From assembly GCF_009914755.1 (NCBI RefSeq), contig NC_060938.1: DNA of 64,000 nucleotides. One strand, written 5' to 3'. Shown here one piece after another: positions 60,991 to 64,000 of this stretch (within the stretch, counting starts at the first letter, position 1; every line of letters starts with the position of its first letter). The notes beneath the pieces were generated by a model. It made no database searches. It was given only the letters and a program-made list of their open reading frames with translations, and had not been told where the DNA came from. The translations under genes were made by a program, and so were the position numbers. Origin of the DNA: the human T2T-CHM13v2.0 reference genome, Homo sapiens.

Positions 60991-62909
60991 GAACTATAAG
61001 CATAATCAGTTGAGCAGCCCACGCCGCTGCTCTGCCTATGGAGTAGCCATTATTTATTCCTTTACTTCCTAATAAACTTGCTTTCACTTTATTCTATATT
61101 CTATGGATTTGCCCCAAATTCTTTCTTGTGTGAGGTCCAAGAACCGTCTCTTGGGGTCTGGATGGGGACCCCTTTCTGGTAACCATTTCAGCTCTATTAA
61201 AATGAAAATAGCTCACAGAGAGGTAAATATGTAATACAGCATCAACTACAAAGATCTTACTGTACACTGTTCTCAGGTAGGGTGGCAGCAAGTTCCTACC
61301 TAAAGATAAAGGTGAAAATGATATGATATGATATCTGCCACAATGATACGAGTGGCAGAAGGAGATTCAATGTTCAGACTTTAGAAATAGAAAATAAGAT
61401 GGAAACATTTCTGTGAATCTATCAAAAGAAGAACATACTTTACATAAATCATAAGAATTATATTAAAATTTCACCACAGAAATAAAATAATCATAATATT
61501 TTTATACCTTCTAAATTTAATAATTCAAAACGTCAAGACAGCTTTTTCTTTAAGTAAACTATGGAATGAAATCAGGCTCAGGAGAAGATTTTCCCTTCCT
61601 TTAAAAACTGCCAATCTTTATACAAAAGTCACTGGAGCAAATTATCTCCTCACCCACCACCTCCAAGTTTTTAATCAACATGTGTTTTAAACATTTTGGC
61701 TTTAGACCTTTTCATAAAAAGCATATATTGTACATGTGTGTAATGTCATTTGAAAGAATACGTCTTACAAAGTTACTATTAATGTGTTGCAAAAAGTAAA
61801 TATGACATGTTTTTAAATGACCAAAGGGGACTTACTTCATGTTCATCAATACTGCCTTCAGTCCTCCAATAAATCAGTGGTGACTTTAAGTCCTTTCTGC
61901 CTTTTATCCAGAGTTAGAAAGAAAGAACACCAAAACAGCTGCCAAACTTCACAATGCAGAGGATGGGAGAGACTACCCATGAAGCATAAGGAGCACCAGA
62001 TCTGACTGCTTTGCCTTGGGCCCTTGAACCAAAAGACACTGCGCACTACAAGCTGTGGGCCATTCCTAAGCTTAGTTACCGGGCATGTCAGCTCAACTGT
62101 GGGGAAAAAGGTGGTGAAATAAAAACATCCAGAGCTGGGGTGTTTTCTCTTGTGCCCTCTTCTTGGTGGTGTTACCATTGGAAAGCTGAGCAATGAGAGA
62201 AAAGTATCCAGAAGTTTCTCCATATATAAATCAGTAAAAAGACACATTCTGCTCCTTGAAGAGAGAGAATGTCCTAATTGGTATAAGTACTGCCAGCCAC
62301 ATCCTTCCACTCTTTCCTCTTATAAGGGGAAAATTGAGAGAGCTGTTGTGGATGCTATAAACGTGAGACCACTTGCTAATTGAGGACAACCTGAAGCTAA
62401 TAAATGGGCTGAGTAAACATTTCTTCGCAAAAAGTATTATGACCAAGGTCTTTTAACCTTAAGTGACCTGAAGAAATGTCCCAAAGGGCAAACTGAAAGT
62501 GATCATGTACCCTTTAAAAGTGACTTTCAAACTTTTTCAGAACTTGCGCCAGGCAAAAAGCTTAACAACCACACTTGCTCCTAGACACAGCTCATGAAAA
62601 TTATTGAAAAGATTAGTCCAGAATTTTCATGCTACCTTATTAGAATGGTTACATCCAGTTATTTGGTCCTTTCTTTTGGCCGATTACATGACAGGGCACG
62701 ATTTTTCCCCTGAGATAAATTGTGTGAACATGAGTTCAATTAATTTAATACTCCTAATCTCACTGACCTATTGAGTGGAAACAAAATGACATGTCAGTGC
62801 GGATAGGGGAGGGAAATGTAAAGAGTGAGGGAGGTACAAAACAAGTTAACACGTGGATACCAGCATATAATTTGTTTTTGTTTTTTATTTTGTTTTAAGT
62901 GCAGATTCT

Positions 62910-63210
62910 GGCCAGGAACGATGGCTCACAACAGTAGTCCCAACACTTTGGGAGGCTGAGGTGGGCAGATCACTTGAGGCCAAGAGTTTGAAACCAGCCT
63001 GGCCAACACGGTGAAATCTCATCTCTACTAAAAATACAAAAATTAGCTGGGTGTGGTGGTGGGTGCCTGTAATCCCAGCTACTTGGGAGGCTGAGGCAGG
63101 AAAAATTGCTTTATTCTGGGAGGTGGAGGTTGCAGTGAGCCAAGATCGCGCCACTGCACTCCAGCCTGAGCGACGGAACGAGACTCCATCTCAAAAAGAA
63201 CCAAAAAAAA
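62910..63210 (+). mobile_element. AluS
   Basis: Dimer with A-rich tail. Confidence 0.94.
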
Positions 63211-64000
63211 CAAAGCAAAAAGTGTTGTTTCTATTAAATGCCATGAGTGGGGAATTCACGCCGGAGAAACTCATCCCATCTCATCTTATGCTCCAATCCT
63301 TTCTTTCAAGAACCATCTCGTGAGAGTCCTTCATCAAGTGTCCCCTAATGCCCAGAGACAGCAATAAACCCATCTCCCCGATGATAGTCTCTCTCTATCC
63401 TTTTATCAGTTTTATATAACATTTTTATTTCTTGAGGTACTCAACCACCTTATCTCCAGAACCTTTAATATGCTAACATACATTGCTAATCTTTAACAGG
63501 AGGATATAGTGTACCTTTTTTCCCAAACTTATTTAACTAGAAACTTTTTTCTAAAGTGTACCTTGCAGGACTAATGTCCTACCAAACACACTTTGGAAAA
63601 TATGCTTTAGGTTAAGAAGAACTCTTTAACGTTTTTCAGTGCATCTGTTTAATCAGTTATACATCTATCCTACAGTGCTTGTGCAAGTGGATTTTCATGT
63701 CTAAATTCTTTACTTGGGGAAACCAACTACCCAAACATAGTCTGGAAAACAGAGAGGAATGTGGCTTAACAGTAGCACATTCCTTCCCTTATTCGTTCAA
63801 AAGAAAATAAGGAACACCTACCATGAGTCAGGCTCTATGCTAAGTGCTGGGCATACAAAAATGGCCAGGACTCAATTAATTACTTCTGTCAAAGTGCTCA
63901 CTGTTTTCTGGAGGATGTAGACAGAATCATACACTGTACACATTGCCACAGCTATGACTCACATGGTAGTGCTGTATACAACCAGAGTAGCTTCACGTGG

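Noticed and set aside
61858-62310. 150-aa minus-strand ORF in unique DNA
   Set aside because: No recognisable domain or coding-like composition; the length is compatible with chance.

Overview
This is primate (human-like) nuclear genomic DNA. It is AT-rich and CpG-depleted, with no CpG island. No credible protein-coding ORF is present: the ORF track is Alu/L1/LTR-derived or chance. The window contains about 24 Alus, MaLR and ERV LTRs (THE1, MLT1, MLT2, MER11 solo LTR with TSD, MER41B, LTR8-like, MER34-like, LTR16-like), old L1/L2/MIR fragments, DNA transposons (MER82, MER5A, MER58, MER97, MER94) and microsatellites, separated by several-kb repeat-free blocks. Retroelement orientation bias and the best splice signals suggest a large intron or 5' non-coding part of a minus-strand transcription unit, which I could not identify. 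The most notable observations are: (1) a non-Alu ~96-bp inverted repeat (~91% identical) enclosing 552 bp at 56087-56833; (2) an exact 40-bp templated insertion copied from 2.3 kb away into an Alu, with a snap-back scar; (3) a MER41B LTR with both STAT GAS sites intact next to a candidate minus-strand alternative first exon; (4) an 84-nt exon-like unit with stops in all three frames; (5) a PBX-HOX/MEIS motif pair in a repeat-free block. Repeat family names come from recalled consensus features, not from a RepeatMasker run.
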